Source: Candidatus Entotheonellaceae bacterium (GTDB taxonomy: Bacteria > Tectomicrobia > Entotheonellia > Entotheonellales > Entotheonellaceae). Taken from it: a stretch of 64,000 bases of DNA. The notes under the pieces were generated by a model that saw only the letters and a program-made list of their open reading frames with translations, did no database searches and was not told the DNA's origin. A program made the position numbers and the translations under genes. Below are positions 19,539-32,500 of the stretch, in pieces. The DNA lies in contig OZ250173.1 of assembly GCA_965238075.1 (NCBI GenBank), positions 1,344,001 through 1,408,000 on the forward strand, read 5' to 3'. Within the stretch, counting starts at the first letter, position 1; each line of letters begins with the position of its first letter.

Positions 19539-19820
19539 TCAATCGCCCTCGGACAGGACACCAAGGACGCGATAGTCGATGCTCACTCGCGCCGAGTACA
19601 CCGGATGCCGCTGACTCACCCACTTGAAGTCCAAGCTTGGGTGACCGGGGTTCGACGCGAAGAAACGATACGACTCGCGCGCCTGCCGCTTTACGTGTTC
19701 GGGGAGGCGTCGATAGGCATCCCCGAAGCTTTTCTGGGCATACGAACGCACGCCTACAGTTCTTCACGGATTGAGAGGTCGAGTTAGCCCTGCTCGGTGC
19801 GCCACCAGAGCCTCATCGGC
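19539..19820 (-). pseudogene. Remnant RelE/ParE-like toxin with C-terminal fragment of its antitoxin
   Basis: Toxin F..AYRRLP..NPGHPSLDFK..YSARVSIDYRVLG truncated; upstream LADEALVAHRAGLTRPLNP(fs)EEL* cut off by a MITE. Confidence 0.7.
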
Positions 19821-19977
19821 TAGATAATTTTTGGTTCTGATTGAATCGCTCAATGCTCCAAGGCGATCATTCCGGGCTTGACCCGGAATCCAACGGCCCC
19901 CGAAAACCTCTGGACTCCGGCTTTCGCCGGAGTGACATGGATTTAATATAAAGCCATTATGATCCAAAAATTTTCTA
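19821..19977. mobile_element. MITE with TA-ended terminal inverted repeats, carrying two REP hairpins
   Basis: Left TAGATAATTTTTGGTTC vs right revcomp TAGAAAATTTTTGGATC; CTAG at both ends; internal ttccgggcttgacccggaa and ctccggctttcgccggag. Confidence 0.7.
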
Positions 19978-20201
19978 GATCGAATACACGGTTACGCACA
20001 GTCTTGCCGTCGCGGTAACAGTGAAAGTACTCAAGGTCCAGGCCCGTATTCGAGGAGATCGTGTTTATAGTCTTCCATTGGCATGGCTGCCAGAAACGGG
20101 CGCTCCATGCTGACACTGGTCAAGACGAAATAGCGAGTCCCGTTCGCGCTGAAGTCGAAGTTTCCAGACTCGTCAAGGAAGATATAGACGCAGCGGTTCA
20201 T
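19978..20201 (-). pseudogene. DUF3800-family N-terminal remnant
   Basis: Hand translation MNRCVYIFLDESGNFDFSANGTRYFVL..EYG(fs)LDLEYFHC..VFDL, cut at the MITE. Confidence 0.65.
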
Positions 20202-20552
20202 TCAATCATGACCGGATTCAGGCGGCACGAGCCGCTCAAGATCGGCGATCAGTGCCGGCAGGTCTTCCTGCACGGTTTGCCAGACGACGTCGAGATTGAT
20301 GCTGAAATACGCATGAACAAGTCGGTTTCGCATTGCAACAATCTGAATCCAAGGAATGTCTGCCAACTCCAGGCGAGTCGGTTCGGTTATCTGGGCCGCG
20401 GCTTGACCGACAATCTCGATGTCTTTAACCAACGACAGGACCAACTGGCGGTCGGTCTCCAAGTCGCCGCGGACTCGATGACGCGCAAACGACACGGCTT
20501 CACGCGCCGCGTCGAGCATGTGACGTAAACGGATTTCGTCATCCTTGAGCAT
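20202..20552 (-). CDS. HepT-like HEPN ribonuclease toxin (DUF86)
   Basis: [21 protein letters not shown] (R-x4-H-x-Y). Confidence 0.9.
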   Translation of the reverse strand: MLKDDEIRLRHMLDAAREAVSFARHRVRGDLETDRQLVLSLVKDIEIVGQAAAQITEPTRLELADIPWIQIVAMRNRLVHAYFSINLDVVWQTVQEDLPALIADLERLVPPESGHD

Positions 20553-20844
20553 ACTGCACTTCCGCCGTGTCCAAGACTTCTTGCCGGAAATAGCGGCTCA
20601 GGTCCTCAGGCGTTCGCAGATCGACCTTGCGTCCTGAAAATAACCTGGACAACTCCAACTCCATGCCGGCAATGCCTAACAGCCCCGGAATTCGATCCGC
20701 TTCGAACTCGACGAGGACATCGATGTCGCTCTCAGGCCCGAAGTCCTCCCGCAATGCCGAGCCAAAAACGGCAAGCCGCTTGATACCGTGCTCTTGGCAG
20801 AAAGCGGCAAGGGCGTCCCTAGATACCGATACTCGCGGGTTCAT
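20539..20844 (-). CDS. MntA-like minimal nucleotidyltransferase antitoxin
   Basis: [25 protein letters not shown]; overlaps HEPN gene. Confidence 0.9.
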   Translation of the reverse strand: MNPRVSVSRDALAAFCQEHGIKRLAVFGSALREDFGPESDIDVLVEFEADRIPGLLGIAGMELELSRLFSGRKVDLRTPEDLSRYFRQEVLDTAEVQYAQG

Positions 20845-20899
20845 TGTCGCGCTCCTCCACTTTAGAGTTTGCCTCTTGCTACTCGGTTCATTTCGTAAC

Positions 20900-21075
20900 G
20901 CCGCCCACAATCCCGTCCTGCGTCACTCCGAACAGTACCTGCCCGTCGCGCTGGCTCAGGAAGGCGAATATCGTCCTTGCCGCCTCGCGGCGAAGTCCCG
21001 GTCGTCTCTTTGAACACCAGCGTTTTCGGACTCGCCGGACGCAACCAGCATTGCGAGTTGATCGATAGCTATCAC
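20900..21075 (-). pseudogene. Schlafen/AlbA_2 domain remnant
   Basis: With two frameshifts reads [54 protein letters not shown]. Confidence 0.6.
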
Positions 21076-21240
21076 GCGCGTCTCTGAACTACCTGTCGCG
21101 ATCCGCAAGCAGTGCTCGTACTACGGGGACTGGTAAATGGTTTGTATTGATGGCGTCATTGTTCCTTTGAGAACGGTGTAAACTTTCAAGTGCTCCCCGC
21201 AATATGGCGGCTACCAACTCGTTGCGAATCTCCATCACTG

Positions 21241-22030
21241 TTACGAGGGAGAAACTCTGATAGCTGATCTCTTGATAGTGACATTTTCGTAACCTTTGGT
21301 CATTTTCGTTAGATGTTCCGTGGAGCGGAATAAACGGTCCTGGTCATCGGCTGGCCCGATCATAATCTCGGTAATCGGAAGAGGCTCACAACGTATAGGC
21401 ACATAAGGCTTTAGAAACCGACTCCCGCTACTGTATTTGATACTATCGAATGACTCCTGTTGAACTATCTTCACGATCCTCCATTCCTTCCCCTGGCTAA
21501 AAACAACACTCTTTAGGAACACAACACTCAACAGAAAATACCCGTCGGCGCTAAAATTGTCGTCTTTTCTAAACTCAGGTCTCTGCCGGTGACTGTTCAA
21601 ATATTCCAGGTATTTCCGCTGGCTCTTTGCTTCATAGATTACAGGTCCCAACGCAACATCACCTTCTGCTGTCAGTTTGGTTATCTCATGGTTGAAGGTG
21701 ATGCGACAGCCATTCCGACCTGAGTACATCTCCCATTGAGAAAGCATGTCCTCGGATTCCGATAGGCAGAATATGTATGGCTGGATATTGTAGTACAGCC
21801 AGGAAAGGAAATCGGTTCCTTCGCATACGCGATTTCCCGATTCTCCAAACATGTTCCGCATGATTCCAAGGCCATGGCTCAGTTCTGTCGGACCATTGGA
21901 GAAGGCAGCGTGGGTGACAGGGTATTACTGCTTAGAATCTTCTTTGCGTCACAACTGGTGTAGTGGTGTAACCTATTCACCGGACGCTGGGGCTTGGGAG
22001 CTAGGAGTTGACCAAATGAGCTTGTTGTTT
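21241..22030 (-). pseudogene. DUF2971-family protein, frameshifted near N-terminus; low GC
   Basis: LHHYTS..ILSSNTL(fs)VTHAAFSN..E upstream of ORF with CLSE..DMLSQWEMYS, V.Y, K..F...EWR, ITEIMIGP. Confidence 0.65.
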
Positions 22031-22035
22031 CGGAA

Positions 22036-22969
22036 TCATTCATTGGGCCTTCTTTCTGTTGACGAAGGAAGCTCCCCCACCCGAATCTCCCCTGTCATCA
22101 GCTTGTGCAGCAGCACCTTGAACAGGTCGTCAAGCACCGCTCGCTTTCTCCGATGCAGGTTTATCTTGCAGTCGATGGCGTCGAGGATAGCGACGGTCTC
22201 TCGCTGCTCATCGAGTGGGGGATGCGGAATAGACAGCCCTGCAAGGCGGGCACGCGACATGTTGGGAATTGTCGTGCGGTTACCCGCGCCTTCATAGGCA
22301 TTACGGTACTTGAACCCTTCTTCCAGCCATGCCATCACGAACCGTGCGTCGGTGTGGGAGGTGTCATCGGGGCGCAAGCGATTGGAGATGATTCTGAAAC
22401 AGGCATCCCCCATCTCGCCGTCCCGCATCGCAGCCCGCCCGATCTCACCACCCGTGCATACGAGAAGGTCGCCCCGGCGCAACAGCCTGTGGGGTGGTAT
22501 CTCGCCTTCAAGACGCATTCGGCTGACAATCTGTAGTTCGGATACGTCCCCAGTACACATTGGATGTGCGGAGAAACGGCACGCCTTGGTCGTTGTTGGC
22601 AAGATTGCCTTTCAGCGAGAGCCCCTGTTCGATCTCGAAAACATGACCGATGGGCGTCAACTCCCAACTCTCCGGCACCGGCCCGATCTCCGTCTCCTTC
22701 TACGGCTCGTCGCGCAGGCCGCACGTGAACAGCATTTGCATCGCGGCGCGTTTCAGTTCTTGCGCAAGCGCAACGCTCTGGGCATGCGTCTTGATGGCTT
22801 CCTGTACTCTTGCGAGCACGGCGACGATGACCCGTTGCTCGTCGAGCGTTGGCTGTGGAATTTCAAGCCCTGCCAACCGGCCGCGCGACAAGTTCGGGAT
22901 CGTCGTCTTGTTGCCCGCGCCGATCTCAAACAGTTCTCCGAGCGGACGCCATGTCCACGCCTCGTTCAT
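22036..22969 (-). pseudogene. hsdS: Type I R-M specificity subunit, internally deleted and frameshifted
   Basis: Two conserved repeats (P.LDEQR.IV..L, LK...L..L.TG), ETEIGPVPESW linker, stop and frameshifts. Confidence 0.8.
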
Positions 22970-23020
22970 TGCAGGTGCTCCAGCATTTTCACCAGCGCGG
23001 CATCGACTTCACGCGTTTCC

Positions 23021-24690
<1,670 letters not shown>

Positions 24691-24691
24691 A

Positions 24692-25343
24692 TTGCTATGT
24701 ATGCGGCACCTCTATTATTTCCACGACACCAGCAGCGTGTCGCCGATGAAAAAGACGTGCGACGTGCACGACAATCGTTTCCTGCGGCGGGACGGTTCGA
24801 ATCTGGCTGCGTTCCTGTACCTTTTGCGCCACAAACACCGTGCCGGTTACAATCTGATTCGACGCACCATCCAACTGGTTGCGCCGTTTTTCGACGACTT
24901 TGACCTGGCGCCGTTGGCGCTGAACGAAGACAAAATTCGCCTGCAATGGCGGCACCGGGATTCGGACGCCGATTTCGACGCCGCGGCGCTCTCGGACGGC
25001 ACTCTACGCTTCATCGCCCTGACCACCCTCTTGCAGCAGCCACAGGCGTTGCGGCCATCCGTCATTCTTCTGGACGAGCCTGAACTCAGCCTGCACCCGT
25101 ATAGCCATCACCATGCTGGCCTCTCTGGTCAAAAAGGCTTCCCTTGAGACGCAAGTGGTTATGGCCACGCAGTCGCCCTTCCTGCTCGACCATTTTGAGC
25201 CGGAAGACGTGATCGTGGCCGACCGGGTGAACGGAGAAGTGACCTTTACGCGCCTTGATTCTGGGAGCCTGGAAGTGTGGCTGGAGGATTACAGTCTCGG
25301 GCAGCTGTGGGAGAAGAACGAGATTGGCGGCCGCCCGGCTTGA
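24692..25343 (+). pseudogene. C-terminal fragment of an ABC/AAA_21 ATPase (frameshifted)
   Basis: DGSNLAAFL, LSDGTLRF, ILLDEPE.LHP, then ATQSP..YSLGQLWEKN in another frame; no Walker A. Confidence 0.8.
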
Positions 25344-25364
25344 CGCCCTACGGATTTACAGCGC

Positions 25365-25853
25365 ATGACACGATTGCTGGTCCACGTCGAAGGCGAAACT
25401 GAAGAGACTTTCGTCAAGAGAATACTGGCGCCGCATTCTTGCCATGTCGGCTATTCCACGGTCAGCGCCCGCTTGATGGGGAATTCCCGTCAGCGGGCTC
25501 GACGCGGTGGGATTCGTGCCTGGCCGGCGGTGCGGCGGGGTATCGTGAATCATTTGAATGCCGATGCCGGGTGCGTCGTCAGTACTATGGTGGATTACTA
25601 CGGCCTGCCGCAAACGGGACCTGGCGCTTGGCTCGAGCGTGCCGATGCCGCCCGATTGCCGTTTCCGTGCAGGCCAGTCAGCATCGAAAATGCCCTCCAT
25701 AACCATGTCGTCAGCCACATGGGCGGCGGATTCAATGCAAGCCGATTCGTGCCGTTCGTGATGATGCACGAGTTCGAAGCACTGTTGCTCAGCGACTGCC
25801 AGCGCTTCGCGGAGGGGATCGGTAACGGTCCCCTTGCGCAACCCTCTTCATAA
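25365..25853 (+). pseudogene. DUF4276 family protein, C-terminally truncated
   Basis: VHVEGETEETF, STMVDYYGLP, MHEFEALL; ends abruptly. Confidence 0.75.
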
Positions 25854-28389
25854 CCACTCACCGTTAGGCGGTAGAGAATAAGACTTTATATTTTAAGGAC
25901 TTACGTAAATCAGGTCGCTCACACAAAGCCGAAGTGCGGTTGAGGCCGATTTCCCTTTTTCCGATCAAGCAAAATCGAGGCGGAAGCGTTGTCAAGCACA
26001 TTTCCGCCCCCTCGTTTAAGAACGCCCACTCTCCAACGTCGGGACCAGGATATCCGGGTCGTCGTTCACCCTGGTGCTGACGGCGTGCCTCTCGTACAGG
26101 CCGGCACGGAGTTCAAGCACTGCTCGGAGTCAGCTTCTCAGAAGGGGATCGACAGTCGCGCCACAACCGCCAGATCGACCGGACCCGTCTGGGTCTCCCG
26201 CCTTATGGTCTCCAATTCCAACAGCAATGGCAGCGCCCGCTGCGAGCGAGTCGGCAGGCTCCAAGCGGTGCCCAGGGCCAACTCCCGACCCTGCCCGCCC
26301 CAGCGCAACCGGCTGTACGGCGTCAGCAGACCCGGTAAGCCCAGCGCCTTCAGGCCGCCGTAGGCCACCTCGCTCTCCATACGGTACTGGGAACCCATCG
26401 CCCCCAGCCCCGCCGGGCGCATGACGCTATCCGCGTTGTCCCACAGCGTCGTCTGGCCACCGCCGTCCCGACCCCACGAGGACGTCACCGACGCCCTGAA
26501 GCCGCGCTGCTTCTCACCCGGGTCCCAGCTCGCCTGCACACCCAAGCCCCAGTCCCGGTAGTCGCTGGCATGCACCAACAGCACCCGACCGTGCAACGCT
26601 ACGTCCAGACCCCTGTGCGCATCCTGGTAACCCAGACGGATACCAGTTTCCAAGCCGCGGCCGCGTTCCGCATCGCCCCCGTCGAAACGCCAGCCAGCCT
26701 CCACCTGCACCCTCAGCGACCGCCCCACTGACAATGCCTCGTCGTGCACCCAGTCCAGCAGCAGCCGGCTCCGGTGTGCCTCGCCGCTTAGCTTGGCGAT
26801 GTCCTCCAAGGCGCCGGTCTCCAGGTACGCCGTGAAGCCATCCCCTCGCAAGCCCCATTCGTGGTTGCCCCGCCTGCTTAGCACCGCCCTCACGCCCCCT
26901 GCCAACATCCGAAAGTCGGCATTGAAGTGGTGAGCCCGGCCCGGCTCCTCGACAGCCACTTGACCCCCACCGAAACCGCCAATGCTCCACATGCTCAACC
27001 GGCCGTTCAACTGCCAGTACAAATACGGGTGAAACGTGGTCATGTGACTCTCCAACACCCCGTCGATCCCATCATCCGTGTACTCCAGGTCCCCCCAACT
27101 GCGCATGAACGACAGCCCGGCCAGCATCTGATCGTTGGCATACAGGTCCAGACCGACGTGAGCCGCTTCGAGACCGCCTCGATAAGCCATCCCGAGCCGC
27201 CTCAAGTCCCCGTTGAAGCGCTGCACATCCCCCTGGCCCCACAACACCGCTACCCGGCTCGTCTCTGCCTCACTCGCTCCCGACGACAGCTCGAAGGAGA
27301 CCCCTGACAGGCTGAACGCCTGACCCCGCATCCCTGAAAAGTCCCCCGAGCCCGGTCCCAGCGGCGCGGCTCCGGAAGCATCCAGGTCCTGCACGTAGAC
27401 GCTCCCACTCGGCGCCATACCGGAGCCGGGAGAGGCGACCCGGTGCGTTGGGTCAAAGCTGGCGAGGTTCCCCAACGACCCCAGCGACAAACTCCGTAGC
27501 CACGATCCTGGCGTGCCGGTTTCCCGATTCTCCGCGTTCCAACCCGATCCCATCGCTGCGCTGGTCCTGGCTGCGCCCCAGGCGCTGTGCACCACCGAGC
27601 CTTCCACGCCTCTGTCGCCGGCGCCGGCGCGGCCGATCCGCTCCGATTCTCGCGGGCTCAGAGCCGCGGCGCTATGGTCGCTCCCCGGCTGCGGGGTCGG
27701 CAGCGCGCCAACCGATGGCCCCAGGCGACTCCACTGACGATGCCGCTCAAACCGACCCTCTATCGCCGTCTGCGCGCTCACGGCCGTCGAGCGCGCGATC
27801 ACCGCCAGCGCCACCTCCAGCGTTTGCGAGAACCGCTCCGCCATCCGTGGCTGCTCGAAATGCACCTCGGTCGAGGCGGGCTCGCCTGCGCTCACCGCCT
27901 GCGGCAACGCGCCCAAGCTCAGCACAATCCCCTCCCCGGGATCGTCCACGTCGTCCATCAGTACCTCTACGGAAATCGTCCCCTCACTCTCGCCTTCCTC
28001 AAGCACCACCTTCGCCGGCACTCCACTGTAGTCCTCGTCAGTGGCCCCTCCTTTAGGCACCACCACCAGCGGTACTTCCACCCGCCGGTCCGCCGTCGGC
28101 GCCACCTTCACCTCGATGTCGGCCTGCTGGCCTTCCCCAATCTGGTACGCCGCCTGCCCAAAGCTCACCTCGAGCTCCACCAGCCCCTTGTCCTCCAGCG
28201 TCACTGTCGCCACGCCCGGCTCCCCTGCCAGTACTATCTCCGGCAGTTCCCCAAATCCCAGCTCCACCGTCTCGTCGTCCCCGTCCCCGTCATGGTTGGC
28301 CTCTATCGTGAACGTCTGTTCCGTTTCCTCGGCTGGGAAGGTCAGCCTGCCGGTGCCCTCCTGGGCATCCCACTCCTCCAAACCATCTA

Positions 28390-29597
28390 ATGTAGATCCC
28401 TATTGAGACCAAGAATTTTGGCTATGGACAGGCCCTGTGTGATAGAACCATCTATAAGCGTATCTCTCTCCCCACCGAAAACGGAGGAAACGATGGTTCG
28501 ACCCGATTTGAACACCTGGGGTCACAGCTTGGCTGATTTGCGACGCCTCGCGGTCAACGCCCAGCATCCACGCAGTCGCGAGCGTCTCCTGGCCCTCTAC
28601 ATGATCGCCTCTCAGCAAACCAATGCGACTACCTGGGCAGCCCACATCGGACATACCAAGGAGACCGTCCTGAGTTGGGTGCATCGTTACAATTTGGCCG
28701 GCCTCGCGGGCGTCATCTATCGTCACACCGGAGGCCGCCACCCCCTTTTGGCCAAGAGCAACTCGATCAACTCGTCCGCACGGTCGTCGAGACCGACCCG
28801 CTCGACCATGGCCTGCCAGGCCATGCCTGGACCTTGAAAAAGTTGCGACGTTGGCTTGAACAGGTCATCGGCTACGCATGCAGCCGCACGACCTTGCACC
28901 GAGTCCTGCGGGCTCAAAGACTGAGTTGGAAGAAATGCCAAAAAGTGCTCAAGAAGGCCGACCCGCAACGTCGTGCCGCCTTTGTCCAACAATTCCAGGA
29001 ATTGTTGGCGCGGCTTTGTCGCCGGGATATCCGCTTGCTCTATATCGATGAAGCCCATCTGCACCGCGATATGGACCTGGGCTACACCTGGGCGCCCGAG
29101 GGCAAACCCGCTTGGCGTCTGAGCGGCTGTGCCTCTTTGGCTGAACGCATCAACTGGTATGGCGCCTACGATTTCTCCTGCGGCCAGTGTTTCATCTGGA
29201 ACGAGGGCTCCTGTAACCAAGCCCATACGATCGAATTCTTACACCACGTTGCCGCTTGGATGGGTGATGAGCCTGGTGAGGTCGTACTCATCTGGGACGG
29301 CGCCCCGTGGCACAAGGCCAAGCGTGTGCAAGCGGCGGCTTCGGAATTGGGCTTCACGTTGGTCGCTCTGCCAAGCTATAGCCCAGACCTGAATCCGATT
29401 GAAGGTCTCTGGAAGTGGATGCGCGAAGAGGTGACGCGCAATTTCTGTCATGCCTCCATGCGCCATCTCTTTGATGCCTGCAAAGCCTTCATCGATCGTA
29501 TCAATGCCGATCCGCAACGGTTGGTCTCGCGGTTGTGGCCAAGATTCGAACTCGACCTGGAGTTCGAGAAATTCTTGGTATCAAAGTGAACGCACTT
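28390..29597 (+). mobile_element. IS630-family insertion sequence
   Basis: TA duplicated at 28388-9 and 29598-9; imperfect TIRs sharing TTGA(G/T)ACCAAGAATTT; transposase inside. Confidence 0.92.
28493..29589 (+). CDS. IS630 transposase in two overlapping ORFs (-1 frameshift)
   Basis: OrfA HTH from ATG 28493; OrfB with IDEAH, WDGAPWH, LPSYSPDLNPIEGLW; C5T4 run at ~28741. Confidence 0.85.
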
Positions 29598-32500
29598 TAG
29601 GGTATAGTCGGCGGCTTCCGTCGTCTCCGGCCGCGTCACCCGGATCGGGATCGCCAACTCCTCGTCCCAGCCCTGGCTCAGCTTCACCGTCACCGTCACC
29701 GCCTCTCCACCTTCGGTTGCTGTGTAGTTCTCCTCCTGGTAGCTCACCACCAGCTTCGTCTCCACTTCGAAGGCCTCCGCCGCCCGGTTGCCGTTGCCGG
29801 CCCCGTCCTCGGCCACATCCTCGGGGACCTCCACCACGACCGGCTGCCCCAGCTCCGCCGGCTTGATCGTGGCTCGATACTCACTCGATGACGCCTCGGT
29901 GAAGTCCGCCACCATCCCGTTGCTGACCTGGATATCTTCCGGCTCAAAACCCTCCACCGGCTCCGTCGGTCCTTCGATCGTTACCTCCGGCCGCTCCAGA
30001 TCCGCCTCGGCCCGGCGGACCTCGATGGCGTAGGCCTTGGTGGTCACCCCGTCCGCGGCCGTCACTACGACTGCGATGGTGGTCGTGTCACCCTCGATCA
30101 GGGCGATGTCGCCGCTCGCACTCCCACTGGCAACCGGCGTGCCGTTGACCGTCACCGTCGCGCCGGCGTGCTCCGTGGCCGGCGTCACCGTCACGCTGTC
30201 CACGGCGTTCCCAACGTCGACTCTATAGTCCGTGGTGCCCACGGCGAACACCGGCGTCAGCGTCCCCGATGAGATGGTCAGTCCTGACAGGTTCGCGTTG
30301 TCGCTGAGCGGTCGGGTCACGTCGATGGTGGTGGTCTGGATGGTCGTCCCGTCCGCGGCCGTCACCGCCACCGTGATGCGGGTCACGTTATTCTCGGTCA
30401 GGGCAATGTCGCCGCTGGCAGTTCCACTGTCCACCGGCGTGCCGTTCACCGTCACCGTTGCTTGGGCGTCTGCCGTCGTCGGCGTCACCCTCACACTGTC
30501 GGTAAGGGCCTCCACGCGGACGGCGTAGCTCGTGGTCGTCGCGGCGAAATCCGGCATCAGCGTCCCCGACGAGAGGGTCAGGTTCGACAGGTTCGCGTTG
30601 GTGCCGCTGCCAAGGATCTCCACGGCCACCTCTACGTTGCTCGTGTCGAACCCGTCCGTGACGGCGTAGCTAAACGTGTCGGTGCCGGTGACGTTGGCGT
30701 TGGGCGTATAGGTGACGGTGGTGTTGTTGGGGTTGATCGCGACGGTCCCGTTGCTCGGGGCCGTTGGGAACCCCACCTCGACCACGCGGAGGGCAGTCCC
30801 CGGGTCCACGTCCGAGTCGTTTTCCAACACGCCAATGACGACGGGAATGTTCTGGCTGGTCTCGGCGGTGTCAGTCACCGCCACCGGCGGGTCGTTCACG
30901 GCATTCACGTTTATGGTGATGGTGTATGCCTTGTCGCTGTCGTCCGTGCCGTCACTGACCTTGAAGGCGAACGTGGCGAAAGCGGCGCCGTTGGCGTTGG
31001 CCGGCGGGGTGTACGCGAGACTGCCGAGCTCGGCCTTCGTCACCTGCCGGGGTGGGCTGACGCTGGCGATGGCCGTGCCGCCAACCGACAGCGTCCCCTG
31101 GTTCGACCCGGGCAGTGAGGTGATCTTCACGTGCCCCAGCGTGGCGCCGGCGTCGACGTCCGAGAAGGCGAAGTCCGCCTCCTTAAAGATGTACGCCGTG
31201 TCCTCCTCCGTGGACACCGTCTTATCGGAACCCGTGATGGGGTCGTTCACGGCATTCACGTTAATGGTGATGGTGTATGCCATGTCGCTATCGGCCACGC
31301 CGTCATTGACCTTGAAGGCGAACGTCGCGAAAGCGGCGCCGTTGGCGTTGGCCGGCGGGGTGTACGTGAGATTGCCGGCATTGAGCCCGGTCTTTGTCAC
31401 CTGCCTGGGCGTGGTGACACGAGTGATGGCCGTGCCGCCAACCGACAGCGTCCCCTGCCCGGGCAGTGAGGTGATCTTCACGTGCCCCAGCGTGGCGCCG
31501 GTTTTGACGCTCGCGAAGCCGAAGTCGTCCTCCTTAAAGATGTAAGCCGTGTCCTCGTCGATGGACACCGTCTTTGCGGAAGCCGTGGGGGCGTCGTTGA
31601 CCGGCGTGGCGGTCGTGGTGGCTGCCAAGCCGCGACCGGAAGCGTTCTCGGCACGCACCGCAAACGTGTACAGGGTGCCGTTGAGCAGTCCGGTCACGGT
31701 GGTGGTGGTAGTGCTCGCACCGCTGTCGCTGATGTCGGCGAAGGTCGTGCCATTGTCGATGCTGACCTGGTACTTGGTGATCGTGGGGTTGTTCGGATCG
31801 TCCCAGGACAGCGTGGCCTGGCTGTTGCTCGGCGTGGCCGAGAGGTTCGTCGGGGCGTCCGGCGAGGCCACCACCGGCGTGGCATCCACGGTGGCTGGCC
31901 AACTGCTGTCCGCGGAGCCCTGTGCGGAGTCCTGTGTCGCCAGCACCGTGAAGGTGTAAGCGGTGCCATTGGCCAACGAGTCAATGGCAGCGATTGTCTT
32001 CGACCCCGAACCGGCCGACACGCTCACCGAGCTGCCGCCCGAGACGTCTACCCGATAATCGGTGATCCCGGGGTTCCTGTCCCACTCCAGGTAGATTCGG
32101 CCGTCGTCCGGCGTCGCCACCAGATTAGCCGGCGCGGGCCACAGTGGCGTGGCAGTCGCGGTGGATGCCGCGCCGTAACCCCACCAGTTCACCGCGCGCA
32201 CCGCCAGCGTGTACCCGGTGCCGTTGGTCAGACCGGTCACGGTAGTGGTGGTCGTGCTCTTGCTGCTGTCGCTGATGTCGGTGAAGGTCGTGCCATTGTC
32301 GATGCTGACCTGGTACTTGTAGATCGAGTCGTCGCCCGGATCGCTCCAGGACAGAGTGGTCTGGCGGTCGTCACCCTCGGTGGCCGTGAGGTTGTCCGGG
32401 GCCGGCATGGATATTGGTCTGGCCGTCACGGTGGGTGATTCCTTGCCGTGCAGCGCCCGCACGCTGAAGGTGTACAGGATGCCGTTGGTCAGTGGATAAA

